In this document: in pieces, positions 8,934 through 17,733 of the stretch
Layout: every line of letters starts with the position of its first letter
Position numbering within the stretch: position 1 is the stretch's first letter
Source of the DNA: Methanobacteriota archaeon
Lineage (GTDB): Archaea; Thermoplasmatota; Poseidoniia; Poseidoniales; Thalassarchaeaceae
Direction: 5' to 3'
NCBI GenBank assembly: GCA_002722735.1
Contig: PBMR01000014.1
Coordinates: 64,756 to 128,755, forward strand
DNA: 64,000 nucleotides
Notes under the pieces: model-generated
What the model was told of the DNA's origin: nothing
The model's database searches: none
Seen by the model: only the letters and a program-made list of their open reading frames with translations
Program-made: the position numbers and the translations under genes

Positions 8934-9887
8934 ATGGCGACAACCGACTTGGTCCCGCACTTCCTGCGGGCGACCGAGGCCGCTGCCGTTGCCGCCGCTG
9001 CATGGAAGGGCCGAGGCGATCGCAAAGCCGCTGATGGGGCCGCAGTAGAGGCGATGCGAGCCGTCTTCGACACCGTCCCTTTCGATGGGAGGGTCGCTAT
9101 AGGGGAGGGAGAGCGCGACGATGCACCCATGCTTTGGATTGGCGAGCCCCTAGGGTCAATGCAGGGCGATCCCTCTGCCCCCTCCATCGATATTGCAGTC
9201 GATCCCCTGGAGTGTACCAACCACGTTGCTCTGGACCTTCCTAATGCCATGGCGGTCCTCGCTGCTGGCCCTATGGGGACGCTGCTACATGCTCCAGACT
9301 GCTACATGGACAAGATCGCCGGACCCGCCGCCCTTGCCGGCGAGGTCAGCCTCGAGGCTGATGCGGCTTACAACGTCGAGGCCGCCTGCGCTGCCCTCGA
9401 CAAGCATCCTAACGACCTCCACGTCGTAGTGATGGACCGCCCCCGTCATGAGGGCCTTCTTCGTGACCTAGCCGCTCTCGGTGTCAACACAATTCTCATT
9501 GGTGATGGGGACATCTCCGCAGCCCTCGATGCTGCTGACCCAAATTCGGGGACTGACATGCTGATGGGCATCGGGGCGGCCCCAGAGGGGGTCATCACCG
9601 CAACCGCACTACGTGGTCTTGATGCCCCGTTCGAGGGGCGCCTCGTATTCACGAACGAGGGACATCGGGAGCGTGCCGAGCGCATGATTGAAGGCGATAT
9701 CGAGAGAATCTGGGATCGTGACGAGCTTTGCACATCCGAGGACTCAGTCTTCATTGGAACCGGCGTGTGCAGTGGTCGAACCAAAGGTGTCGAGTTCTTG
9801 GATAGCGGGGGTGCGTCCGTGCAATCGGAGGTCATAGAGGTCTCCTCTGGAGTCCACAGGTTTGTCTCCTCCGAGGTAGATTCTTAG
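8934..9887 (+). CDS. glpX: class II fructose-1,6-bisphosphatase (GlpX type)
   Basis: ATEAAAVAAAAWKGRGDRKAADGAAVEAMR..., GEGERDDAPML and DPLECTN motifs typical of GlpX. Met 8934 lies just after the moaC stop. Confidence 0.85.
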   Translation: MATTDLVPHFLRATEAAAVAAAAWKGRGDRKAADGAAVEAMRAVFDTVPFDGRVAIGEGERDDAPMLWIGEPLGSMQGDPSAPSIDIAVDPLECTNHVALDLPNAMAVLAAGPMGTLLHAPDCYMDKIAGPAALAGEVSLEADAAYNVEAACAALDKHPNDLHVVVMDRPRHEGLLRDLAALGVNTILIGDGDISAALDAADPNSGTDMLMGIGAAPEGVITATALRGLDAPFEGRLVFTNEGHRERAERMIEGDIERIWDRDELCTSEDSVFIGTGVCSGRTKGVEFLDSGGASVQSEVIEVSSGVHRFVSSEVDS

Positions 9888-9979
9888 GCTCTTTCTTGCC
9901 TTCAAATGCTGTTGAGCCACAGAGTTTTCTTGCGATGGCTTCTTTTCTACCTCTGCCACCCGGGTAACGGGGCATTGGA

Positions 9980-10999
9980 ATGGACAAGGAGCTCTTGGAG
10001 AGGACTGCAAGGGAACTGGTGTCTCCGGGTAGGGGCGTTCTTGCTGCAGACGAGAGCAACGGAACGATGTCAAACAGGCTGCAAGCCGTTGGCATCGCAC
10101 CCTCGCCAGAGGCTAGGCGGGCTTATCGCGCCAACTTGTTCGCCACTGAGGGCTATGAGTCGGCCGTCAGCGGCGTGATTCTTTTCGATGAGACAATTCG
10201 CCAGCACATGGATGACGGCGCCCCGATACCCGAAACACTGTCCAGCAGGGGTATTCTCCCTGGGATCAAGGTCGATACCGGCACCAAGGAAATGCCTCAC
10301 CACCCTGGTGAGAAGGTTACAGAGGGGCTGGATGGACTCAGGGATCGCTGCACCGAGTACTTCGCCATGGGTGCCCGCTTCGCCAAGTGGCGCGCTGTGA
10401 TTGGAATTGGTGACGGTATTCCAAGCGAGGACGGCATCTCTGTCAATGCCCATGTACTGGCACGATATGCATCCATCTGCCAGGAGCAAGGACTAGTCCC
10501 AATTATCGAACCAGAGGTCCTGATGGATGGGAGTCATGATGCGCAGCGCTGCTTCGATGTCACCGCCCAGACCCTGGATGCGACTTTCGCTGAATGCGCT
10601 GCTCAAGACGTGCACATCCCCGGCTCCCTGCTCAAACCAAACATGGTAATCGCCGGCAAGGGATGCGAGACTCAGATTTCAAGGGAAGAGGTCGCCCAAT
10701 TGACCGTGGATTGCCTGACTCAGCATGTCCCACAGGATCTTCCTGGCATCGTGTTCCTCTCGGGTGGACAATCTGACGAAGACGCAACAGCCCACCTTAA
10801 CCTGATGAACACGATGGACGCCGAGCACCCATGGCAACTCTCTTACTCCTATGGAAGGGCCCTCCAGTCACAAGCCCTAAGGGAGTGGGCTGGCGCAGGA
10901 ATCGACTCAGGTGCCGCTAGCCAACGGGCCTTCTCTCATCGTGCCAAGATGAACAGCTTGGCTCGAAGCGGTGACTGGAGTGAGGAACTGGAAGCCTGA
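9980..10999 (+). CDS. fba: fructose-bisphosphate aldolase, class I
   Basis: N-terminal GRGVLAADESNGTMSNRL, an IIEPEVL segment and Schiff-base-region LLKPNMV, as in class I (FbaB/eukaryotic-type) aldolases. Confidence 0.85.
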   Translation: MDKELLERTARELVSPGRGVLAADESNGTMSNRLQAVGIAPSPEARRAYRANLFATEGYESAVSGVILFDETIRQHMDDGAPIPETLSSRGILPGIKVDTGTKEMPHHPGEKVTEGLDGLRDRCTEYFAMGARFAKWRAVIGIGDGIPSEDGISVNAHVLARYASICQEQGLVPIIEPEVLMDGSHDAQRCFDVTAQTLDATFAECAAQDVHIPGSLLKPNMVIAGKGCETQISREEVAQLTVDCLTQHVPQDLPGIVFLSGGQSDEDATAHLNLMNTMDAEHPWQLSYSYGRALQSQALREWAGAGIDSGAASQRAFSHRAKMNSLARSGDWSEELEA

Positions 11000-11000
11000 C

Positions 11001-11258
11001 TCAAAGCTTCTCGAGCGCGCCCGGGCGGACCTGCCAAACGCAAATTTCGTATCGGCCAGATAACGCGCCACCGCGCTTGGTGGTGGCGACTTTCAGGATA
11101 TCCTTGTCCTTGGAAAGCACGTTTCCGAGTTGCTGAGGCGTCGTACCGTGCCTCATTGTCGAGTTCACGTGCTCGAGAATCTCGGTCGTGTTGGCCTCTC
11201 CCCTCTCATCTAGAAATTTCTTGATCTTCTGTCTTAGTCTGGTCGTCCTCATCTCCAT
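11001..11258 (-). CDS. small winged-helix-like DNA-binding protein (hypothetical)
   Basis: 85 aa from ATG 11258 (the ORF track extends to TTG 11282). The pattern KIKKFLDERGEANTTEILEHVN...TTPQQLGNVLSKDKDILKV is helix-turn-helix/wing-like. Confidence 0.5.
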   Translation of the reverse strand: MEMRTTRLRQKIKKFLDERGEANTTEILEHVNSTMRHGTTPQQLGNVLSKDKDILKVATTKRGGALSGRYEICVWQVRPGALEKL

Positions 11259-11291
11259 CACCTGGGCTATGTGCGGCCCCAAACGGAGCCG

Positions 11292-11313
11292 TCCTCCACA
11301 GGAGAGTGGAGGG
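11292..11313. promoter_or_regulatory. ORB-like box / operator: dyad CCTCCAC-N6-GTGGAGG followed by a G-run
   Basis: TCCTCCACAGGAGAGTGGAGGG read directly, 34 nt upstream of the small wHTH gene ATG and inside the AT-rich spacer. Confidence 0.4.
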
Positions 11314-11419
11314 TGATATAACGCTTCTGTATGTATTTCTCCTTGTTTGTTACATATAGTGACATGATTATGAGTGAAATGGTTGCTAATATGTGGTGCA
11401 ATATTGGAAGCAGCAACTA

Positions 11420-11432
11420 TTCCAGTGGAAAT
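11420..11432. promoter_or_regulatory. mini-ORB-like element TTCCAGTGGAAAT
   Basis: Near-palindromic TCCAGTGGA core embedded in AT-rich sequence. It resembles euryarchaeal mini-ORB repeats as I recall them. Confidence 0.4.
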
Positions 11433-11506
11433 ATGTAATTAAATGTAATAAAACAACATAATTTATTACCGTGATGCAATGTGACTTTATTTGCAGGTGA
11501 TACTTC

Positions 11507-14116
11507 GTGTCAATTGGTTCCGAGAGTGGTTTTGGGGGAACTCGACAGATCTCCCCTCGAAGAATAAGGAGCAAGCACCGTTCTAGGCTCATTTCGAGGC
11601 TCGCGGAGGGTGATGCTACTGTGAGTGAGCTAGCTCGAACCTCCGGTCTGAGAGTCCCTCACGCATCGGCGGAGATTCGTAGAATGAGGGACGAGGATTT
11701 GGTCTCCAGTGACTTGCCACCTGGGAGTCGCGGGGCACAGATTCGCTTGACTGAGAAAGGATGGGGGATACTTCATGACGACGAGTGGTCGAAGGCACTG
11801 ACCGTCACCGAGCTACCTTCGAATCGAAATTGCTGCTGCATCATCTCTCGAGATGAGGACAACCTCCTCCTTTGCTTCATCGATTCGCCCAGTGATCCCT
11901 TGGTCCCTATTCCAAATCGTCTGCCCGCGCCTTCCGGCCCCAATACTGCTTCCATGGGAAGCCATGGGGTGTCTTGGAATTGGGCCGTACTGACCGAGCG
12001 ATTTCCACGCTGGTTCAATCTCGAAAACATGGAGGAGGTGAAGGCCCCTCCTGACCTCACAGATCCGGAGAGAATCGAGGCTTACGTGGGTCGGGCCTTG
12101 GTTGTCGGCGTGATGAGGGCCAAGTTGCTCGATGCCGATTTCCCCATCACCATCCCTCCCGGGGCGTGGTTCTCACCCTTGGACTCAAGACCGGATCCAC
12201 CATTAGCTGAGATGGCCTACCACCGTGGTCCTTGGGTACTTGGCTCATGCCACGAAATAGCCCCCAATGTCCGTCCGAATCAGCCGATTGCTGCACCAAT
12301 CAAGGAGAGGCTCCCCAGATCCGTCCTGCTTAGATCAGCAAAGTCGAATGCCGTGGTGGTTGCTGATTTAGGGGGCTTGCACATTGAGGGTAGGGAGTAC
12401 CCCCTGTCAGCATTGGAACATTGGATAAAGGCGGCACACCCAAGGCTGACGGACCATGAGAGATACAGGAGGTTACGAGCTCTACGTGACCGCATCTCAA
12501 CTTCCAAGAGAGTCAAGACAGAAGACTCGACATGGAGGCGCTTCAAGAGAGACTGGGGGGATGCCCGATTCTTGATAGAGGAATCTTCCATCAGGCTAGT
12601 AGATATCAGGGGGTTGAGGAAGTCTGCGTGTGAATCACTCATTCGCTGGTCCTTGCAGGGAATCGAAGGACTCCCGCTAGTTCTGGAGATAGACGCCCAC
12701 TTGCCCAGCGATGTCCTGTCTGTTGTCGCCTCGCACCCTCACCTGAGACTGGTACTTCTCGATGAGATGATGCCGCCCTTCGAAAATTTAGATAGATTGG
12801 ATTTGGATCCTTTGAGAACCCTCCCATGGATGACCTTCTCCTCCAAAGGAGGAAAGGCGATTCCAATCAGAATCGTAGAGGAGACAAAGACCATTACATC
12901 GACCTTCGATGACGAACAACTCGCCATATCTCCTTGGGAGATTCTCAAGCGCCCCTCCCACCATGAGTTCATTCCAGAAAAGTTAGACGGGGACATGTCA
13001 TCCATAGTCGGTTCGGCAGCGTCACAATTTCCTAGAGGTGATGAAGAATGGGCTAATCAGTTGGAAGCGAGATATCCACTCGCAGCTTGGATCGCCTCGC
13101 CCCAGTGGGCTAGATGGCCTAGGTGGCAACGACTGTCATCCAGGATGGATTCCGAATGGCTCGCCCTGATGGATGTAGATCACCTCCCCATAGACAAGAT
13201 TTCCAGCGTCGCCGACCAAGCACCCGATTCGGTATTGGAATTGTATGCGGAGAAGATTACCGCAAAGCTCAGGGAGGATCCGGATAACCTACTTCGATCA
13301 TGGCCGGCCATAGATCCAACCCAAGCAAATAGAGGTGCGGCATGGCTAGCCTCCCAATTCATCCAGAACTCGGCTTGGCTGCCTGGCGACTCCCACAGTG
13401 ATCTTCTCAGTTGGGCAGTGGAGGCATGGTTGACGGAACCCCCGGGAGAATCCCTATCTGCGCTTAGGGGGGTGACCTGGTTGTACGACAATAGCCAGAG
13501 CCCGCACGAGGAGCACGAAGTGACGATTCGCAGAATCAGAGACAGGGGCTCGCAATTACCAGACGGCCACAGCCTCAATACATGGTCCAAGCTCATGAAT
13601 CACACCTTGGGGGAACAAAAGGCAGATATGGGGGCGATTCAGCTTATTCGCAGAGATTTGCCACATGGGTGGTGGGCTCCAATTGCCTCTGAAATTCTAA
13701 TCCAAATGCTGCAAGAGGACGCCTTAGACGATCTGTTGCTTCACAAATCACCGTGGTGTGCAACCATCCTTCGCCCAATTGGCGAGAAATGCATTGCCCC
13801 AGGCCTCTCTTCAATCTCACATCCGGGTTGCGACCCCGAATTGTTGCAACCCCTAAGGAGTCTGATGCGAGGCATATCCAGCGATGATTTACATACGGGT
13901 AATCTCGATTCATTGATGGATTTGCTCGAAGCACTTGAATCCGCACGTGACAAGACGCCGCCAACCTCGGGTAGGACACACGACCTAGTAGGGTGGCTGG
14001 CCCAACCAGCAGGAAAATGGCCAGAATTCACCACTGAGATGATGATGGATGGTGATCATTCGGTGGCCGAGAGACTCATTCTAGGCCTATCGGGCTATCA
14101 CACAGGTCTTTCTTGA
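11507..14116 (+). CDS. large orphan protein with an N-terminal winged-helix (ArsR/MarR-like) DNA-binding domain
   Basis: GTG start. The N-terminus reads RLISRLAEGDATVSELARTSGLRVPHASAEIRRMRDEDLV...IRLTEKG. The remaining ~770 aa are Trp/Leu/Pro-rich with no enzymatic motif I recognise. Confidence 0.6.
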   Translation: MSIGSESGFGGTRQISPRRIRSKHRSRLISRLAEGDATVSELARTSGLRVPHASAEIRRMRDEDLVSSDLPPGSRGAQIRLTEKGWGILHDDEWSKALTVTELPSNRNCCCIISRDEDNLLLCFIDSPSDPLVPIPNRLPAPSGPNTASMGSHGVSWNWAVLTERFPRWFNLENMEEVKAPPDLTDPERIEAYVGRALVVGVMRAKLLDADFPITIPPGAWFSPLDSRPDPPLAEMAYHRGPWVLGSCHEIAPNVRPNQPIAAPIKERLPRSVLLRSAKSNAVVVADLGGLHIEGREYPLSALEHWIKAAHPRLTDHERYRRLRALRDRISTSKRVKTEDSTWRRFKRDWGDARFLIEESSIRLVDIRGLRKSACESLIRWSLQGIEGLPLVLEIDAHLPSDVLSVVASHPHLRLVLLDEMMPPFENLDRLDLDPLRTLPWMTFSSKGGKAIPIRIVEETKTITSTFDDEQLAISPWEILKRPSHHEFIPEKLDGDMSSIVGSAASQFPRGDEEWANQLEARYPLAAWIASPQWARWPRWQRLSSRMDSEWLALMDVDHLPIDKISSVADQAPDSVLELYAEKITAKLREDPDNLLRSWPAIDPTQANRGAAWLASQFIQNSAWLPGDSHSDLLSWAVEAWLTEPPGESLSALRGVTWLYDNSQSPHEEHEVTIRRIRDRGSQLPDGHSLNTWSKLMNHTLGEQKADMGAIQLIRRDLPHGWWAPIASEILIQMLQEDALDDLLLHKSPWCATILRPIGEKCIAPGLSSISHPGCDPELLQPLRSLMRGISSDDLHTGNLDSLMDLLEALESARDKTPPTSGRTHDLVGWLAQPAGKWPEFTTEMMMDGDHSVAERLILGLSGYHTGLS

Positions 14117-14503
14117 TTCGAAATCCGCCGGAAACCAAATTTTCTCGAGACCGCTGGGTTCTTGTGCGCCTCAGGGTGCCACATGATGCCCAACCGGCAA
14201 CACCGTGTGGACGAAACCCCCTCGCCGGAGGTGGAGGATGAAACACGGCACCACGGAATGGGTGACCACCTGTCGAAGACCAGCGTGACCGTCTGTGCGG
14301 AATGATCGTTGGCGCAATTCAGGTGGCCGGATTGCGTTAGGTCCCCTGAGGACTGCATAGAATGAATCAAGGGACTACCCCGCAATCCGACAGACGTCCC
14401 GGGGTGGGTCAGGCGCCCGAGCTACGCCGTGAAGGTGGCCGTTACGCCCCGGGGCACACAATTCCCCACAGCACTCAAAGCATGGCCCTATGGTGGAATC
14501 CTG

Positions 14504-15523
14504 ATGCACGAAGTCGGCCTCATCGGTGGCACCTTCGATCGGTTTCATGATGGCCATGCCCTACTCTTGGACAGGTCCCTCGAAGCATGCACCTCTGTAG
14601 AGGTGTGGCTGACCTCGGACTCATCTGCCCATTCCAAGGATCCCCGAGTCCTAGGATGGGAGGATCGCTGCCAGGAAATCCGTGATAAATTGGGCATTGA
14701 CTCAGCCCAGAGAATCAGATTTGGGGTTCTCGAGGATGCGTTCGGCCCAGCCCCTAACCACCCTAATGCAGGGGCCATCACCTGCACCCCCGAGACGCGG
14801 TCCGTGTGTGACGAGATCAACTCCATGAGATTGCACAACCGGCTTCAGCCGCTCGATATCATCGAGGTGGGGCACCTCTTGGCTTGGGACGGGATTCCGA
14901 TATCAAGCTCACGAATCAGGAATGGTGAGATTGATCGCACCGGTCAGCCTTGGATTCCGAATTTGGTCAGAGAGGGTAGTATCAACCTGACTCCCGAGGT
15001 CGAGTCAGAGCTCAAGGATCCATTTGGCCAGTTAGTTCCAGGCCCAGAGGATAACCCCTCAGTAGCTATGTCGAAGGTGATTGCTCAAATCGGGACCGAG
15101 TCGGCACCGATAATCGCTGTTGGGGACGTGACCGTCCTAACTCTGCAGAATCTAGGTCGACCAGCAGACATAGCCTTGGTGGACGGCCTTACCAGAAGGC
15201 AGCCCTGGGATGGAGCCGAGGGAATCGATCACTCCGCTTACGATGTGGTGTTGCGGTGCCAGAGTCCCCCCGGTTCGCTCACTCCCTCGCTATTGGAGGC
15301 CTGCGAGCAAGCGATGCTCTCGTGGATGGAAGATGGAATCACCCACCTCGTTGAGGTGGAGGGAGAAGAAGACCTAGCCCCTCTGATACTGCACCCTCTG
15401 GCCCCACTGGGGTCGGTGGTGCTCTACGGGCAGCCGGGTAGTGGGGTCGTTCTCAGATGGTGCAGCGAGGAATCCAAGCAACGTTGCAGGAAGTTGCTGG
15501 GCGGATTCGATAGCGGCGATTGA
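14504..15523 (+). CDS. fusion of archaeal phosphopantetheine adenylyltransferase (cytidylyltransferase fold) and DUF359-type GTP-dependent dephospho-CoA kinase
   Basis: The N-terminal half has GGTFDRFHDGHALLL and ISSSRIRNGEID. The C-terminal half has AVGDVTVLTL, ALVDGLTRRQ and VEGEEDLAPLILHPLAPLGSVVLYGQPGSGVV, the DUF359 signature. Met 14504 is preferred over the GTG at 14429. Confidence 0.75.
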   Translation: MHEVGLIGGTFDRFHDGHALLLDRSLEACTSVEVWLTSDSSAHSKDPRVLGWEDRCQEIRDKLGIDSAQRIRFGVLEDAFGPAPNHPNAGAITCTPETRSVCDEINSMRLHNRLQPLDIIEVGHLLAWDGIPISSSRIRNGEIDRTGQPWIPNLVREGSINLTPEVESELKDPFGQLVPGPEDNPSVAMSKVIAQIGTESAPIIAVGDVTVLTLQNLGRPADIALVDGLTRRQPWDGAEGIDHSAYDVVLRCQSPPGSLTPSLLEACEQAMLSWMEDGITHLVEVEGEEDLAPLILHPLAPLGSVVLYGQPGSGVVLRWCSEESKQRCRKLLGGFDSGD

Positions 15524-16099
15524 TCATGACTCCGCTGCTTGGAGGATGTGGAGCCCCAATCCGGAGGCCACTAGGGCGATAGTAACCGAGTACACGCCCG
15601 GATCGACCCAAGTTGTGTTTATCGCACTCCACACTAGGTAGAAAGTAGCACCTACGAGAATCATCCAGCTAGCTAGCAATCGAGTCACCCCTCCGCTCGG
15701 AGACAACAGGCTAGTGAGGATGGGGCTGTGGGGCAGTCCAAGGAACCAGCCCGTGAACCCGTCCTCACGGGACTTTCCCATGCCAACTATTCCGGTAGCC
15801 AGAAGGGCAACGCCGAGAGCCCCAAATACCGCATCATCGAGAACCAATGACATCTCCGCAGTATGGGGATCTCCACCGGTCAGAAAGCCAATCCACAGGA
15901 CCTTGTGACCCGGCGAGTATGCGCCGCTAACCATGTTTACAGCGGTTAGAAAGAGGGCCCATGAACCGAGGATGATCGCACCCGCAGACATGGTGCTGCT
16001 CGGCCTCAGCAGCGCATTCATCCATTCGGAGCCATCTTCTGACATCGAGCCGGCGACCTGCCCTTTCGGTATAACCGTTGTCGGAACCGTTCTGCTCAC
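15524..16099 (-). CDS. hypothetical polytopic membrane protein
   Basis: At least 4-5 hydrophobic helices. The GTG start overlaps the cdc6 stop (GTGA). Confidence 0.5.
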   Translation of the reverse strand: MSRTVPTTVIPKGQVAGSMSEDGSEWMNALLRPSSTMSAGAIILGSWALFLTAVNMVSGAYSPGHKVLWIGFLTGGDPHTAEMSLVLDDAVFGALGVALLATGIVGMGKSREDGFTGWFLGLPHSPILTSLLSPSGGVTRLLASWMILVGATFYLVWSAINTTWVDPGVYSVTIALVASGLGLHILQAAES

Positions 16100-17334
16100 A
16101 GATGGCCTTGGAGGTGATACTTTCCTAGGGAGGCCTCGTTGATCAGGGGTTCATTCTCGCTCATGAGGGATATCGCATCGATAGCCTTGGGAATGGCGGA
16201 GTTGACTTGTTTGCTTCGTCCACCCCTGCCCTTGCTGACATTTCTGGCCATAATCAGCCCGATGGTATCAAGCTCGTTCAATAGAGATGAGACGCGTCTG
16301 GTGGTTAGGGGCTCTATGCCAATTTTTCCACAGGCATCTGCGTAGGTTCGATAGACCTCACCAGTGGATATGTTTCTCAACCCATTCTCTTCGTTCAAGC
16401 AGATGGAGAACAGAACGAGCTTCTGGTGCAAGGGCAGAGTCTTGAGCACTGGCGTTACCTGATCATATTCCAACTGGCTCTGAGCCAATCTCACGTGCCT
16501 GGTATCGACCTTGGACTGGGCTCTTTGCTCAGATTTCTGGACAGAAATCCTAAGCAAGTCCAGCGCTCTTCGTGCGTCCCCGTGCTCCTGTGCGGCGAGC
16601 GCTGCGCACAGTTTGATCACGCCCTCGTCGAGAACTCCCTCTCTGATTCCCATCGAGGCTCGCTCTCCAAGAATGTTCTGAATCTCGGTGGCAACGTATG
16701 GATGGAAGACCACGTCCTCCTGGCTGAGTCTCGAACTCACCCTCGGATCAAGATGTTGCGTGAAATGCAGATCATTGCTGATGCCGATTATCGAGCATCG
16801 ACCATTATCGAGAACTGTGTTCAGGCTGGTCAGCGCGTACAACAGATCATCCCCTGCACGATCGACTAAGTTGTCGACCTCGTCTAGCACGATGATGTGG
16901 ACCCCACCGGCCCTGTTCATCCTCATTACCAAGGTCTCGAGAACTCGATCCGTCGGCCACCCAGTGAATGGCACCGGGGGGTCGCCCCGCCTCGCCAACT
17001 GACTAGCGATGGTCTGGACGACCCTGTACTTTGTATCCACGTTCCTACAGTTTATTTCGTAGGTATTCACTATCTGGCCCATCTCTTTGCCCTTCTGGCG
17101 CAACTGCCCTAGGACAAACCTAGTCACTACTGTCTTACCCGATCCAGGGACGCCATAGAGGAGCATGTTTGAGGGGATGTGCCCATTTAGGGCATCGACC
17201 AGGTTTCTGACAAGCGCATCGACCTCGTGCTCCCTGTGAGGCAGACGCGAGGGTTCGAAGGCATGGTCGAAGGCTTTCCTGTCGATGAAGAGACTATCCT
17301 GTCCAAGAATCTTCTCGAAAATATTTCCTTCCAT
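16096..17334 (-). CDS. cdc6: Orc1/Cdc6 replication initiator
   Basis: Walker A GVPGSGKT, Walker B IIVLDEVD, ISN sensor region and a C-terminal winged helix (RRVSSLLNELDTIGLI). Confidence 0.93.
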   Translation of the reverse strand: MEGNIFEKILGQDSLFIDRKAFDHAFEPSRLPHREHEVDALVRNLVDALNGHIPSNMLLYGVPGSGKTVVTRFVLGQLRQKGKEMGQIVNTYEINCRNVDTKYRVVQTIASQLARRGDPPVPFTGWPTDRVLETLVMRMNRAGGVHIIVLDEVDNLVDRAGDDLLYALTSLNTVLDNGRCSIIGISNDLHFTQHLDPRVSSRLSQEDVVFHPYVATEIQNILGERASMGIREGVLDEGVIKLCAALAAQEHGDARRALDLLRISVQKSEQRAQSKVDTRHVRLAQSQLEYDQVTPVLKTLPLHQKLVLFSICLNEENGLRNISTGEVYRTYADACGKIGIEPLTTRRVSSLLNELDTIGLIMARNVSKGRGGRSKQVNSAIPKAIDAISLMSENEPLINEASLGKYHLQGHL

Positions 17335-17733
17335 TTTTTAACACCGAGGCAACAAACTCACTAATGGCCATTCCTCCACCCAGTTGGATTCATTGCTACT
17401 TAGTACGTGAGCCGAACCGAGAGAGTTAGGGGTAATAAGAGTGTCTTGCAAGAATGAGATTTGCGACTTGTTCCCCATGTCTGCTAATGTCAATCCCAAC
17501 ACGAGAAAAACAACTGATATAATACGGCATGAAACTATTCAGTCAATCGTTTTATACTCAATAAATCAATGTACTTTTTACATCATTTTCCTCTTGTCCC
17601 CACTATATTCGGGAACTGCCAATCTCTGGTGGTGTCATAAACTCAGAACATATCTAAATTCAAATCATAGGGTTCCAAATACACCATTCGAAACTAGACA
17701 ATATATCTGTAGTATAAATAATAGATAATTTAT
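17335..17733. other. putative replication origin (oriC) / cdc6 upstream region
   Basis: A 400-bp non-coding spacer directly upstream of cdc6 with very AT-rich tracts (about 17500-17750). It has inverted CCACC..AG..TTGG-type boxes at 17371-17390 (+) and 17619-17634 (-). Confidence 0.5.

Noticed and set aside
11386-11592. 68-aa minus-strand ORF spanning the AT-rich spacer and the start of the 869-aa gene
   Set aside because: It is AT-rich with an odd composition, and it overlaps the better-supported plus-strand gene start.
14098-14385. 95-aa minus-strand ORF in the 14117-14503 gap
   Set aside because: The Cys/Trp/Ser/Arg-rich sequence is not protein-like, and the ORF overlaps the end of the upstream gene. 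I treat the region as non-coding.
14117-14503. Possibility that the non-coding gap encodes SRP (7S) RNA or RNase P RNA
   Set aside because: On neither strand could I find the helix-8 GGAA tetraloop context (…CCCGGAAGGGAGCA… type) or the RNase P P4 motif (GAGGAAAGTCC). I therefore do not call a known RNA family, and report only generic structure potential as a finding.
17441-17728. 95-aa ORF inside the cdc6 upstream spacer
   Set aside because: It lies in very AT-rich DNA and its composition is unlike any other gene in the window. It is better interpreted as non-coding origin or promoter sequence.
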